DNA from: Schmidtea polychroa | Taxonomy: Eukaryota | Length of the DNA stretch: 64,000 bases | Direction: 5' to 3' | Assembly (NCBI GenBank): GCA_044892525.1 | Contig: CM097885.1 | Location: 22,074,001-22,138,000 of the forward strand | Shown here: positions 1-11,849 of the stretch, piece by piece | How the letters are laid out: the number at the start of each line of letters is the position of its first letter | Numbering within the stretch: the stretch's first letter is position 1 | The notes under the pieces: model-generated | Told to the model about the DNA's origin: nothing | Databases searched by the model: none | The model's input: the letters and a program-made list of their open reading frames with translations, nothing else | Position numbers and translations under genes: made by a program

Positions 1-129
1 CTTGGTCCTGAGAATTTCAATAGAAAAAGGTAGTCTTCAATAAAAAAGCATGGATTTTTCACACTATAGTGAGGGGATCTTCTTGGTCATGAGAATTTCA
101 ATAGAAAAGGTGGTTTACATTAAAAAACG

Positions 130-790
130 CATAGTAAATTTTTAAAATAAAGTAAATTATGGGTCTAAAATTTAAAAATAAAGTAAATGATGGGTCTAAA
201 AATTTAAGTAAATCAAGGTTCAGATTTATTTTTGAAATAAAGTAAATTATGGTCTAAATAAGTAAATTATGGGCTAAGATTTTTCAATTAAAGTAAATAA
301 TGGTTCTAAAAAATTAAATTACAGTAAATTATGGTCCAAATTTTTAAATTAAAGTAAATTATGGTTCTTAAAAATTAAATTAAAGTAAATTATGGTTCTT
401 AAAAATTAAATTAAAGTAAATTATGGTCAAAATTTTTGAATTACAGTCCAAAAATTTAAATTAAAGTAAATTATGATCCAAATTTTTAAATTAAAGTAAA
501 TAATGGTTCTAAAAAATTAAATTAAAGTAAATAATGGTCCAAATATTTTAAATTACAGTAAATAATGGTTCTAAAAATTAAATTACAGTAAATAATGGTC
601 AAAAATTTTAAAATTAAAGTAAATTATGGTTCTAAAAATTAAATTAAAGTTAATTAAGGTCCAAATTTTAAAATTAAATAATCAATGGTAAAAAAAAATT
701 TAAATTAAAGTTAAATAAGTAAATTAAAGTAATAATTTTTAAATAAGTAAATTAAAGTAATGTAATAAGTAAATTAAAGTAAGATTTTTA
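130..790. repeat. Subterminal tandem array of ~30 bp units (AAATTAAAGTAAATTATGGT(T/C)CT/CAAA)
   Basis: Directly visible. The same array occurs at 12030-12690 (inverted), 23685-24360, 30510-31220 (inverted) and as a trace near 35380. Confidence 0.9.
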
Positions 791-968
791 AATTTATTAA
801 CAAAAATAGAAGGTGTTTGAGAATTGAAATTTTTTAATGGAAATTTTAATGAATTATTTTTTAAGTAATTTTTAATAGAAATTTTTATGAATAATTTTCA
901 ATGGTAATTTTTAATGGAAATTTTAATAGAATAATTTTTAAGATAATTTTTAATGAAAATTTTTATGA

Positions 969-1027
<59 letters not shown>

Positions 1028-1214
1028 TAATATTAATAATATATCAACCAAATACTATACAACACATAAAAAATTAACTAAACACATAAAAATAACTAGA
1101 CACATAACAAAACATATAAACATTAACTAAACACATAAAAATGAACTAGACACATAACAAACATAAAAATTTACCAAATAACAAATGTAAAGATATAAAA
1201 TTTATTCAATAAAA

Positions 1215-4109
1215 TTAGTCCTCATCGGACAAAATAACGTCATCGATATCGATGTCATCTTCTCCAAAATCTTCATTTAATTCTTCCTCATCTTCTCCAT
1301 CATTTTCTCCAACATTTTCTGAAACATTTTCTGCAACAATTTCTCCAACATTTTCTCCAATATTTAATTCACTTAATCTTACATGCCCATATGCAAGACT
1401 AGTATTTTGCCCCACCCAAACCCTTTTGTCATCTTTGTTAGTTAGTGCTATTTTTGTGTTTTTAATTGTAAAAATTTGATGATTTTTGCTTGTTATTTTA
1501 GTCTGAGGAACCGAAAAAATCTGGTTAGTGTTATAACAATCCAGGTATGACTGATGTTTTATGTCACTACCTTTCAATGTTACACCTTTAGCCTTTTTTG
1601 TTTCCTCATCACCCAACAAGCTATAACATTTAGGTCTAAGAAAAACCCACTCCTTATATTTAAGACCTTTATTCTCGTCTTTGAACTTTCCAATGACTGA
1701 ATCAAGGTTCTTACTATATAAGGAATGACAACTATTGTAATTGGAAGTATCCAATAAATTATCTCGAACCATTGCAGGTAAAAGAACCTCAAGTTTGCAG
1801 TTAATGACTTCGAGGAAAAAAGAATCTGTATCACCTGCAACGATATTAATTTTACAATTAAACTCATTGCGAAATGATTCCAGATCCTTATATTGCAATT
1901 CATACATTCTAAGTTTAGATAGATCAAGTACAGATTGACCAATGTAACTCGGTCTATCTAAACATATAGAATCGGAATTCAATAGTGCTGCAATTAAATT
2001 ATCTGCTATTTTAATAGATTTTTTAAAAGTCGGTTTTGACGAATATTTAACTAATTTACCGGCAGTTGTACAAAGACGAAGATTCATTCTTCTCTTTAAA
2101 TTTTCAACTGTTTTGCCGTATAAACTATTATTTAGCAATTTATAATAATTTTTATCTAAGCTATTTACGCTTTTTGATCTTAATTCGGTATTTGTATCTA
2201 TATATTTTTTAAAAATTGGTGATTGCTTAAATCTTACACCCCTATTTACACGTGTTACTTTAACACCAAGTTCCAAATATAATTTTAATAATCTCCAATG
2301 AATAACATAATTAGATTTTGGAAGATGAGTTAATAATAATTTTTCAACCTTAGACCCAGCAGGTTTCATTTTTTCAGCAGCTACAGGGAAATCATCCAAC
2401 TTATCATGAAGCTCAGAAGGAATTACAAGATCAACTTCAAGTGTGTATCCATAAGACAAAGATTCAAGATTTAAATTCCTACATTCATCCATTATTTTAT
2501 CAAATCCATCAAGAACCCAACAAAATTCGCCACAAGGTAATGATTGACTTAAAGCCCAGCCATAAAGATTATTAATATCTATATATAGTAACTCAGTGTT
2601 CTCGTCGGTTTTTACGTAATGCTTATTCACAAAAGTAAGACCGCCTCTTATTCCACCCTCATAAAAGCTAAACATTTCGTTTTCAGTTATGAGTTCAATT
2701 GGTTCATTTAAAGACATTAATGCAGAAGACCAAGACATGCCTGGAATTCCGAAATAATTCAATGGTTCCAATCTATTGTGAGCAATGGATTTCAACCGAA
2801 ACTGATGAAAGAAATCAGCCAAAAGAAAACAATCAAGTTTTAGGTAGATCATCATATAATCTAATAAAGTTACGCAATTAGTTTCTACCCAAATCTCCTG
2901 AGCTTTTTCATACTCAAGCTCAGTGACACCCTCCCAGATTGGTGGTAATTCATAAGTAGTTTGGAGAATATCTAAAGAAGTGGCGAAATTATAAGGGAAG
3001 ATTCCTTTTTCACTTACTATGGTGCCAGAAAAAGCAGAATTAGTAAAAGGCAAAGAATTCAAAGTTTTGACTGCTTTAGCCAAAGAATCATTGACAAATT
3101 GATACGAATCAATGAATCTTAGGCTAATTTTACCTAAATGAGCAATCAAAGATATAAATTTTTCCGTAGTTATTGGGATGCACCCTAAATTCCAATTTTT
3201 AAATTTATTTAATCCATATTTAAGTATATGGTGCATATCGTATCCCTTCAAGTTGTGAAATACGATAGGCAAAATTTTATTTATTTTCCGATTTACGTTA
3301 CATGTGCTACAAGCTGCACCCAAGTATTTCCCCGTAAAATGATCGTGATCTCTAACAGGATCGACGATAGATTTCATACAAAGATAACAAACAGATGCAC
3401 TAACAAATTGACGTTGTTCAATTTTTGTTAATTTCATCATAGGTTTCCTACCCATTTTATAATAAAAAGGAAGAACCTTATTTAATGCTATATCCTCTAT
3501 AGCACTTAAAAAACTCTCGACGCAATCTAAACCTATGAACTGCTGATAAGATTTAGATCCGTCAAAGTTATTTACAAGTAAAAGACCAGCAGATATTGGC
3601 ATGTGTCGTTGGAAATGATCATTATCAGAAGGTAAAATAGCCTCAAAATCTGCATAAACTACAAAAGGAGGAGTTACTGTTTTCGACCAGTCAGTAAACT
3701 GTAATAATTTATTTTGAGGGAAGGTGTAAAGAGTTGTTCCTAATTGATTACGTTTACATAATATTTCATGTTTTTCTAGTGCGTGTTTATTATTAAACCC
3801 ATTCAAACACCGATGGCACCATAATGAACGTATGCGTGTAGGACAACTAGTGTTGATATGACAATTCATTAACTTATTTAAATTACTTATAGCAACGTAA
3901 TGGAAATTGTTTCCTTTATTTAATAATAGTAAATTAATTACAGTTCCATTTAAAACTTTGGAACGATGTATAATATCTAAATGTGGGTGTTTTAATACGT
4001 AATTATCTATTAATTGTTTGTTATTGTCATAAGAAAAAACGTTAATTATTAAGCCTGGATTTTTGGCCTCGAATTTTCTAATATCTTTTAATTTCATGGG
4101 TAAGTCCAA
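1215..4109 (-). CDS. Protein-primed family B DNA polymerase (Polinton/Maverick type), left-arm copy
   Basis: ExoI VYADFE, ExoII FHNLKGYD, ExoIII YLKLD; polymerase motifs YIDINNLYG, KLLNNSLYGK, GDTDS; inserted CxxC...VRDHDHFTGKYLGAACxxCN (endonuclease VII-like) segment typical of Polinton pPolB; acidic C-terminal tail. Confidence 0.93.
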   Translation of the reverse strand: MDLPMKLKDIRKFEAKNPGLIINVFSYDNNKQLIDNYVLKHPHLDIIHRSKVLNGTVINLLLLNKGNNFHYVAISNLNKLMNCHINTSCPTRIRSLWCHRCLNGFNNKHALEKHEILCKRNQLGTTLYTFPQNKLLQFTDWSKTVTPPFVVYADFEAILPSDNDHFQRHMPISAGLLLVNNFDGSKSYQQFIGLDCVESFLSAIEDIALNKVLPFYYKMGRKPMMKLTKIEQRQFVSASVCYLCMKSIVDPVRDHDHFTGKYLGAACSTCNVNRKINKILPIVFHNLKGYDMHHILKYGLNKFKNWNLGCIPITTEKFISLIAHLGKISLRFIDSYQFVNDSLAKAVKTLNSLPFTNSAFSGTIVSEKGIFPYNFATSLDILQTTYELPPIWEGVTELEYEKAQEIWVETNCVTLLDYMMIYLKLDCFLLADFFHQFRLKSIAHNRLEPLNYFGIPGMSWSSALMSLNEPIELITENEMFSFYEGGIRGGLTFVNKHYVKTDENTELLYIDINNLYGWALSQSLPCGEFCWVLDGFDKIMDECRNLNLESLSYGYTLEVDLVIPSELHDKLDDFPVAAEKMKPAGSKVEKLLLTHLPKSNYVIHWRLLKLYLELGVKVTRVNRGVRFKQSPIFKKYIDTNTELRSKSVNSLDKNYYKLLNNSLYGKTVENLKRRMNLRLCTTAGKLVKYSSKPTFKKSIKIADNLIAALLNSDSICLDRPSYIGQSVLDLSKLRMYELQYKDLESFRNEFNCKINIVAGDTDSFFLEVINCKLEVLLPAMVRDNLLDTSNYNSCHSLYSKNLDSVIGKFKDENKGLKYKEWVFLRPKCYSLLGDEETKKAKGVTLKGSDIKHQSYLDCYNTNQIFSVPQTKITSKNHQIFTIKNTKIALTNKDDKRVWVGQNTSLAYGHVRLSELNIGENVGEIVAENVSENVGENDGEDEEELNEDFGEDDIDIDDVILSDED

Positions 4110-4996
4110 TGGATTATATATTAATTCAGATAAATTATAACTGGATGTCCTATTTCTAGCATAACTACTAACCTCATCATATTTTAAAATAGCTAAAATG
4201 CTATATAAAAAACATGAATCATCGGTGTTTTTTATATTAATTAAACAATATTTATTTTTTAGATAAGTAGGTGTTTCAATGAAACTCCTACCACTTAATC
4301 TACTTAGCCTACTTATCTTTGTTATGGTGAAGTGAATTTCTGTTATTTTTTTTTTATGATCCAGCTACTTCCTAACTCTGTGATATTACTTATTTTCTCG
4401 TTTAGTTCCCTAATGCCTTCGTCAAAAAATGATGCAGTTAAAGGCTTTGCATAATTTGAGATATTATTAACCTTTATTTCCCCGTCTTTTTCAAATTCGA
4501 TTGTTATTCCGAATTGAATTTTGACGGAGCCTAATTCGTTAATAATATCTCGTAATTTTTTTATTAGTTGTTCAGGAAATATTATTTCTTTTATATTTAA
4601 GTCGCTTGTATTTAAGCTTAATATTTGATGGGTACCTCTTAGATCTTTTTGTATTATTGGAACATTTCCACCTATTTGTATTATATTTAATCCATCCCAA
4701 GAGTCAAGGGAAATATTATCTAATCCGACCTGGGATTCAACAACCAATCCATCATGGGATTCGACAACCAATCCATCATTGGATTCCACAAAAGGCAATC
4801 CGACCTGGGATTCAAAAGAAGAAGTATCTAATTTAATTTTTTAATTTTTATTATTTTTTTCTATAGTTGAGGGTCTTTTAAAAACACTATCTTTTTTAAA
4901 ATTAAACCTATCTAAATGATTTTTATGTTTATTATAAAAAACGCTATATGTTACGGGGTCACTAGTCTTACATACGGGACATATTTTAAAACACAT
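4110..4996 (-). pseudogene. Disrupted N-terminal extension of pPolB, left-arm copy
   Basis: Mirror of 7811-8696, with the frameshift at the T10 run near 4346-4355 and the same in-frame stop. Confidence 0.75.
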
Positions 4997-5966
4997 TTTG
5001 ACGCTAAAGTTGACTTATTTAACATTTTCATAATAATTTAATAAAAATAATGTGATGAACCCACAAAGTAATATCATTTTTCATCAAATTGCAAAACAGT
5101 AATAACGTTTTCATAAAATTGTAACAAAGTAATAACATATTTCAGATAAATTTTCAACAGTTGTAAAATATTTAAGCAAATTGTAACAAGATTAGAAAAT
5201 ATTACAACAAAGTAGTAACATATTTCAGAAAATTTCAACAAATTTGTAAAATATTTATCAAATTGTAACTAAAATAATAAAAATATTGCAACAAAGTAAT
5301 AAAATAATAATGGTAATTAAGACAAATCAATACATTATTTCGAAGACGGACAACAAATTAAAAAGAATATTGTAACTAAAATAATAAAAATATTGCAACA
5401 AAGTAATAAAATAATACAACATTTTAAACTCTAGATCAATCCATTTTATAGAAAATTAAATTTTATCTATATAATATATGAATAAATATCCAAGGAAATT
5501 ACGTTAACGTATAATAAATACAAATTTATCGTAAAAACATGTGTGTATTACACACAAAACAAGATACATAATTTCTAATCAATCCATTTTATAGAAAATT
5601 AAATTTTATCTATATATTATATGAATAAAATCCTAAGAAAATTACGTTAACTGTATGAAAAATACAAATTTATCATAAAAACATGTGTGTATTACACACA
5701 ACATACGAGACATAATTTTTAATCAAGCTATTTTATAGAAAATTAAATTTTATCTATATAATATATGAATAAAAATCCAAGAAAATTACGTTAACCGCGC
5801 GAAAAACTACAAATTTATTGTAAAAACATGTGTGCATTACACACAAAGCATCAAACTGAAATTGTAATTGCGCCATGTTGTAGAGAATTAAATTCTGCCT
5901 ATACATTGTTACACTTAAATCTCGATCAGACATGTGAAAAGAGACATAAAAGATAAAAAACAGTAG

Positions 5967-6840
5967 AGTAGTAGGATGTGGGCTCCCCAGACCATGTCCC
6001 CTCCAGATCACATATACCCCCTCCCCCCCCCCTCCCCCCCCGGTCTGAAAAATTTTATTTTTTTTTAGAACGATGCCTAATATTTTTAGAACTATTACGT
6101 AATCAATGCCAAATATTTTTAGAACGATGCCTAATATTTTTAGAACTATTACGTAATTTTTTTTAAATTAAGTGATCCAGCGGGGACCTACTTTTTTTCA
6201 TCCCAAAAATTATTGTTCCCGCCAACATATTATATTGATCGATAGCTTATTTTAAAGCTCTGTGCAAGAACTTTCTAATGAGATATAGATTTTTATCATA
6301 CGATGACTCATCACATTTTTAGAACAAAGACAATGACTCATCACATTTTTAGAATGATGTCTAATATTTTAGAATGATGCCAAATATTTTTAGAATGATG
6401 CCAAATATTTTTAGAACGATGCCTAATATTTTTAGAACTATTACGTAATCGATGTCTAATATTTTTAGAACGATGCCAAATATTTTTAGAATGGTGCCTA
6501 ATATTTTTAGAACGATTACGTCATACTTTTAGAACGATGCCTAATATTTTTAGAACTATTACGTAATCAATGCCTAATATTTTTAGAACGATGCCTAATA
6601 TTTTTAGAACTATTACGTAATTTTTTTAAATTAATTGGTCCAGCGGTGACCTACTTTTTTTCTTCCCAAAAGTAATGTTTCCATCATCCGAATTTATTAA
6701 TCACACACTTATTTTAAAGCCCAGTGCAAAATCTATATACTGATATATAAATATTATTATTAACATTATTTTACACACGGGGGGAGGGGGTATATGTGGC
6801 CGAGCGGGCTCCTGGCCGGGCGGGCCCACATCATACTACT
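5967..6840. mobile_element. 874 bp non-coding mini-element with Polinton-like AGTAGTA termini at the palindrome centre
   Basis: Starts AGTAGTAGGATGTGGGC...CACATATACCCCCTCCCC and ends GGGGAGGGGGTATATGTG...GCCCACATCATACTACT (imperfect TIR). Interior is ~20 bp repeats (TTTTTAGAACGATGCCTAATA, TTTTTAGAACTATTACGTAA). Confidence 0.65.
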
Positions 6841-6959
6841 CTACTGTTTTTTATCTTTTATGTCTCTTTTCACATGTCTGATCGAGATTTAAGTGTAACA
6901 ATGTATAGGCAGAATTTAATTCTCTACAACATGGCGCAATTACAATTTCAGTTTGATGC

Positions 6960-7375
6960 TTTGTGTGTAATGCACACATGTTTTTACAATAAATTTGTAG
7001 TTTTTCGCGCGGTTAACGTAATTTTCTTGGATTTTTATTCATATATTATATAGATAAAATTTAATTTTCTATAAAATAGCTTGATTAAAAATTATGTCTC
7101 GTATGTTGTGTGTAATACACACATGTTTTTATGATAAATTTGTATTTTTCATACAGTTAACGTAATTTTCTTAGGATTTTATTCATATAATATATAGATA
7201 AAATTTAATTTTCTATAAAATGGATTGATTAGAAATTATGTATCTTGTTTTGTGTGTAATACACACATGTTTTTACGATAAATTTGTATTTATTATACGT
7301 TAACGTAATTTCCTTGGATATTTATTCATATATTATATAGATAAAATTTAATTTTCTATAAAATGGATTGATCTA
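6960..7375. repeat. Three tandem ~140 bp units upstream of pPolB (mirrored at ~5430-5845)
   Basis: TGTGTGTAATACACACATGTTTT...GTTAACGTAATTT...TAGATAAAATTTAATTTTCTATAAAAT occurs three times. Confidence 0.85.
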
Positions 7376-7810
7376 GAGTTTAAAATGTTGTATTATTTTA
7401 TTACTTTGTTGCAATATTTTTATTATTTTAGTTACAATATTCTTTTTAATTTGTTGTCCGTCTTCGAAATAATGTATTGATTTGTCTTAATTACCATTAT
7501 TATTTTATTACTTTGTTGCAATATTTTTATTATTTTAGTTACAATTTGATAAATATTTTACAAATTTGTTGAAATTTTCTGAAATATGTTACTACTTTGT
7601 TGTAATATTTTCTAATCTTGTTACAATTTGCTTAAATATTTTACAACTGTTGAAAATTTATCTGAAATATGTTATTACTTTGTTACAATTTTATGAAAAC
7701 GTTATTACTGTTTTGCAATTTGATGAAAAATGATATTACTTTGTGGGTTCATCACATTATTTTTATTAAATTATTATGAAAATGTTAAATAAGTCAACTT
7801 TAGCGTCAAA

Positions 7811-8696
7811 ATGTGTTTTAAAATATGTCCCGTATGTAAGACTAGTGACCCCGTAACATATAGCGTTTTTTATAATAAACATAAAAATCATTTAGATAGG
7901 TTTAATTTTAAAAAAGATAGTGTTTTTAAAAGACCCTCAACTATAGAAAAAAATAATAAAAATTAAAAAATTAAATTAGATACTTCTTCTTTTGAATCCC
8001 AGGTCGGATTGCCTTTTGTGGAATCCAATGATGGATTGGTTGTCGAATCCCATGATGGATTGGTTGTTGAATCCCAGGTCGGATTAGATAATATTTCCCT
8101 TGACTCTTGGGATGGATTAAATATAATACAAATAGGTGGAAATGTTCCAATAATACAAAAAGATCTAAGAGGTACCCATCAAATATTAAGCTTAAATACA
8201 AGCGACTTAAATATAAAAGAAATAATATTTCCTGAACAACTAATAAAAAAATTACGAGATATTATTAACGAATTAGGCTCCGTCAAAATTCAATTCGGAA
8301 TAACAATCGAATTTGAAAAAGACGGGGAAATAAAGGTTAATAATATCTCAAATTATGCAAAGCCTTTAACTGCATCATTTTTTGACGAAGGCATTAGGGA
8401 ACTAAACGAGAAAATAAGTAATATCACAGAGTTAGGAAGTAGCTGGATCATAAAAAAAAATAACAGAAATTCACTTCACCATAACAAAGATAAGTAGGCT
8501 AAGTAGATTAAGTGGTAGGAGTTTCATTGAAACACCTACTTATCTAAAAAATAAATATTGTTTAATTAATATAAAAAACACCGATGATTCATGTTTTTTA
8601 TATAGCATTTTAGCTATTTTAAAATATGATGAGGTTAGTAGTTATGCTAGAAATAGGACATCCAGTTATAATTTATCTGAATTAATATATAATCCA
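7811..8696 (+). pseudogene. Disrupted N-terminal extension of pPolB, right-arm copy
   Basis: ATG 7811 reads MCFKICPVCK...HKNH (Zn-finger-like), hits an in-frame TAA near 7964, then continues in frame into the 8009 ORF (ESxxGL repeats, GSSWII). After a frameshift at the A9 run 8452-8460 it reads ITEIHFTITK...GRSFIETPTYLKNKYCLINIKNTDDSCFLYSILAIL, the conserved Polinton pPolB N-terminal block, in frame with 8697. Confidence 0.8.
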
Positions 8697-11591
8697 TTGG
8701 ACTTACCCATGAAATTAAAAGATATTAGAAAATTCGAGGCCAAAAATCCAGGCTTAATAATTAACGTTTTTTCTTATGACAATAACAAACAATTAATAGA
8801 TAATTACGTATTAAAACACCCACATTTAGATATTATACATCGTTCCAAAGTTTTAAATGGAACTGTAATTAATTTACTATTATTAAATAAAGGAAACAAT
8901 TTCCATTACGTTGCTATAAGTAATTTAAATAAGTTAATGAATTGTCATATCAACACTAGTTGTCCTACACGCATACGTTCATTATGGTGCCATCGGTGTT
9001 TGAATGGGTTTAATAATAAACACGCACTAGAAAAACATGAAATATTATGTAAACGTAATCAATTAGGAACAACTCTTTACACCTTCCCTCAAAATAAATT
9101 ATTACAGTTTACTGACTGGTCGAAAACAGTAACTCCTCCTTTTGTAGTTTATGCAGATTTTGAGGCTATTTTACCTTCTGATAATGATCATTTCCAACGA
9201 CACATGCCAATATCTGCTGGTCTTTTACTTGTAAATAACTTTGACGGATCTAAATCTTATCAGCAGTTCATAGGTTTAGATTGCGTCGAGAGTTTTTTAA
9301 GTGCTATAGAGGATATAGCATTAAATAAGGTTCTTCCTTTTTATTATAAAATGGGTAGGAAACCTATGATGAAATTAACAAAAATTGAACAACGTCAATT
9401 TGTTAGTGCATCTGTTTGTTATCTTTGTATGAAATCTATCGTCGATCCTGTTAGAGATCACGATCATTTTACGGGGAAATACTTGGGTGCAGCTTGTAGC
9501 ACATGTAACGTAAATCGGAAAATAAATAAAATTTTGCCTATCGTATTTCACAACTTGAAGGGATACGATATGCACCATATACTTAAATATGGATTAAATA
9601 AATTTAAAAATTGGAATTTAGGGTGCATCCCAATAACTACGGAAAAATTTATATCTTTGATTGCTCATTTAGGTAAAATTAGCCTAAGATTCATTGATTC
9701 GTATCAATTTGTCAATGATTCTTTGGCTAAAGCAGTCAAAACTTTGAATTCTTTGCCTTTTACTAATTCTGCTTTTTCTGGCACCATAGTAAGTGAAAAA
9801 GGAATCTTCCCTTATAATTTCGCCACTTCTTTAGATATTCTCCAAACTACTTATGAATTACCACCAATCTGGGAGGGTGTCACTGAGCTTGAGTATGAAA
9901 AAGCTCAGGAGATTTGGGTAGAAACTAATTGCGTAACTTTATTAGATTATATGATGATCTACCTAAAACTTGATTGTTTTCTTTTGGCTGATTTCTTTCA
10001 TCAGTTTCGGTTGAAATCCATTGCTCACAATAGATTGGAACCATTGAATTATTTCGGAATTCCAGGCATGTCTTGGTCTTCTGCATTAATGTCTTTAAAT
10101 GAACCAATTGAACTCATAACTGAAAACGAAATGTTTAGCTTTTATGAGGGTGGAATAAGAGGCGGTCTTACTTTTGTGAATAAGCATTACGTAAAAACCG
10201 ACGAGAACACTGAGTTACTATATATAGATATTAATAATCTTTATGGCTGGGCTTTAAGTCAATCATTACCTTGTGGCGAATTTTGTTGGGTTCTTGATGG
10301 ATTTGATAAAATAATGGATGAATGTAGGAATTTAAATCTTGAATCTTTGTCTTATGGATACACACTTGAAGTTGATCTTGTAATTCCTTCTGAGCTTCAT
10401 GATAAGTTGGATGATTTCCCTGTAGCTGCTGAAAAAATGAAACCTGCTGGGTCTAAGGTTGAAAAATTATTATTAACTCATCTTCCAAAATCTAATTATG
10501 TTATTCATTGGAGATTATTAAAATTATATTTGGAACTTGGTGTTAAAGTAACACGTGTAAATAGGGGTGTAAGATTTAAGCAATCACCAATTTTTAAAAA
10601 ATATATAGATACAAATACCGAATTAAGATCAAAAAGCGTAAATAGCTTAGATAAAAATTATTATAAATTGCTAAATAATAGTTTATACGGCAAAACAGTT
10701 GAAAATTTAAAGAGAAGAATGAATCTTCGTCTTTGTACAACTGCCGGTAAATTAGTTAAATATTCGTCAAAACCGACTTTTAAAAAATCTATTAAAATAG
10801 CAGATAATTTAATTGCAGCACTATTGAATTCCGATTCTATATGTTTAGATAGACCGAGTTACATTGGTCAATCTGTACTTGATCTATCTAAACTTAGAAT
10901 GTATGAATTGCAATATAAGGATCTGGAATCATTTCGCAATGAGTTTAATTGTAAAATTAATATCGTTGCAGGTGATACAGATTCTTTTTTCCTCGAAGTC
11001 ATTAACTGCAAACTTGAGGTTCTTTTACCTGCAATGGTTCGAGATAATTTATTGGATACTTCCAATTACAATAGTTGTCATTCCTTATATAGTAAGAACC
11101 TTGATTCAGTCATTGGAAAGTTCAAAGACGAGAATAAAGGTCTTAAATATAAGGAGTGGGTTTTTCTTAGACCTAAATGTTATAGCTTGTTGGGTGATGA
11201 GGAAACAAAAAAGGCTAAAGGTGTAACATTGAAAGGTAGTGACATAAAACATCAGTCATACCTGGATTGTTATAACACTAACCAGATTTTTTCGGTTCCT
11301 CAGACTAAAATAACAAGCAAAAATCATCAAATTTTTACAATTAAAAACACAAAAATAGCACTAACTAACAAAGATGACAAAAGGGTTTGGGTGGGGCAAA
11401 ATACTAGTCTTGCATATGGGCATGTAAGATTAAGTGAATTAAATATTGGAGAAAATGTTGGAGAAATTGTTGCAGAAAATGTTTCAGAAAATGTTGGAGA
11501 AAATGATGGAGAAGATGAGGAAGAATTAAATGAAGATTTTGGAGAAGATGACATCGATATCGATGACGTTATTTTGTCCGATGAGGACTAA
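8697..11591 (+). CDS. Protein-primed family B DNA polymerase (Polinton/Maverick type), right-arm copy
   Basis: Same 964 aa translation and motifs as 1215-4109. Confidence 0.93.
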   Translation: MDLPMKLKDIRKFEAKNPGLIINVFSYDNNKQLIDNYVLKHPHLDIIHRSKVLNGTVINLLLLNKGNNFHYVAISNLNKLMNCHINTSCPTRIRSLWCHRCLNGFNNKHALEKHEILCKRNQLGTTLYTFPQNKLLQFTDWSKTVTPPFVVYADFEAILPSDNDHFQRHMPISAGLLLVNNFDGSKSYQQFIGLDCVESFLSAIEDIALNKVLPFYYKMGRKPMMKLTKIEQRQFVSASVCYLCMKSIVDPVRDHDHFTGKYLGAACSTCNVNRKINKILPIVFHNLKGYDMHHILKYGLNKFKNWNLGCIPITTEKFISLIAHLGKISLRFIDSYQFVNDSLAKAVKTLNSLPFTNSAFSGTIVSEKGIFPYNFATSLDILQTTYELPPIWEGVTELEYEKAQEIWVETNCVTLLDYMMIYLKLDCFLLADFFHQFRLKSIAHNRLEPLNYFGIPGMSWSSALMSLNEPIELITENEMFSFYEGGIRGGLTFVNKHYVKTDENTELLYIDINNLYGWALSQSLPCGEFCWVLDGFDKIMDECRNLNLESLSYGYTLEVDLVIPSELHDKLDDFPVAAEKMKPAGSKVEKLLLTHLPKSNYVIHWRLLKLYLELGVKVTRVNRGVRFKQSPIFKKYIDTNTELRSKSVNSLDKNYYKLLNNSLYGKTVENLKRRMNLRLCTTAGKLVKYSSKPTFKKSIKIADNLIAALLNSDSICLDRPSYIGQSVLDLSKLRMYELQYKDLESFRNEFNCKINIVAGDTDSFFLEVINCKLEVLLPAMVRDNLLDTSNYNSCHSLYSKNLDSVIGKFKDENKGLKYKEWVFLRPKCYSLLGDEETKKAKGVTLKGSDIKHQSYLDCYNTNQIFSVPQTKITSKNHQIFTIKNTKIALTNKDDKRVWVGQNTSLAYGHVRLSELNIGENVGEIVAENVSENVGENDGEDEEELNEDFGEDDIDIDDVILSDED

Positions 11592-11778
11592 TTTTATTGA
11601 ATAAATTTTATATCTTTACATTTGTTATTTGGTAAATTTTTATGTTTGTTATGTGTCTAGTTCATTTTTATGTGTTTAGTTAATGTTTATATGTTTTGTT
11701 ATGTGTCTAGTTATTTTTATGTGTTTAGTTAATTTTTTATGTGTTGTATAGTATTTGGTTGATATATTATTAATATTA

Positions 11779-11849
<71 letters not shown>

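Larger units (their letters stand above)
1..5983. repeat. Left arm of giant inverted repeat (runs off the window start)
   Basis: Reverse complement of 6824-12817. Base 1 (cttggtcctgag) pairs with 12817 and the ORFs mirror each other (1215+11591 = 4109+8697). Visible differences are (AAT)n length, one homopolymer (T10 vs A9) and a substitution near the inner edge. Confidence 0.97.

Noticed and set aside
130..790. ~30 bp periodic array resembling CRISPR (also 12030-12690, 23685-24360, 30510-31220)
   Set aside because: Units are contiguous degenerate tandem repeats without unique spacers; no cas genes; eukaryotic context.
1252..3431. Short ORFs overlapping pPolB, and similar ones overlapping pol, the transposase and gag
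   Set aside because: Antisense or alternate-frame shadows of real coding regions.
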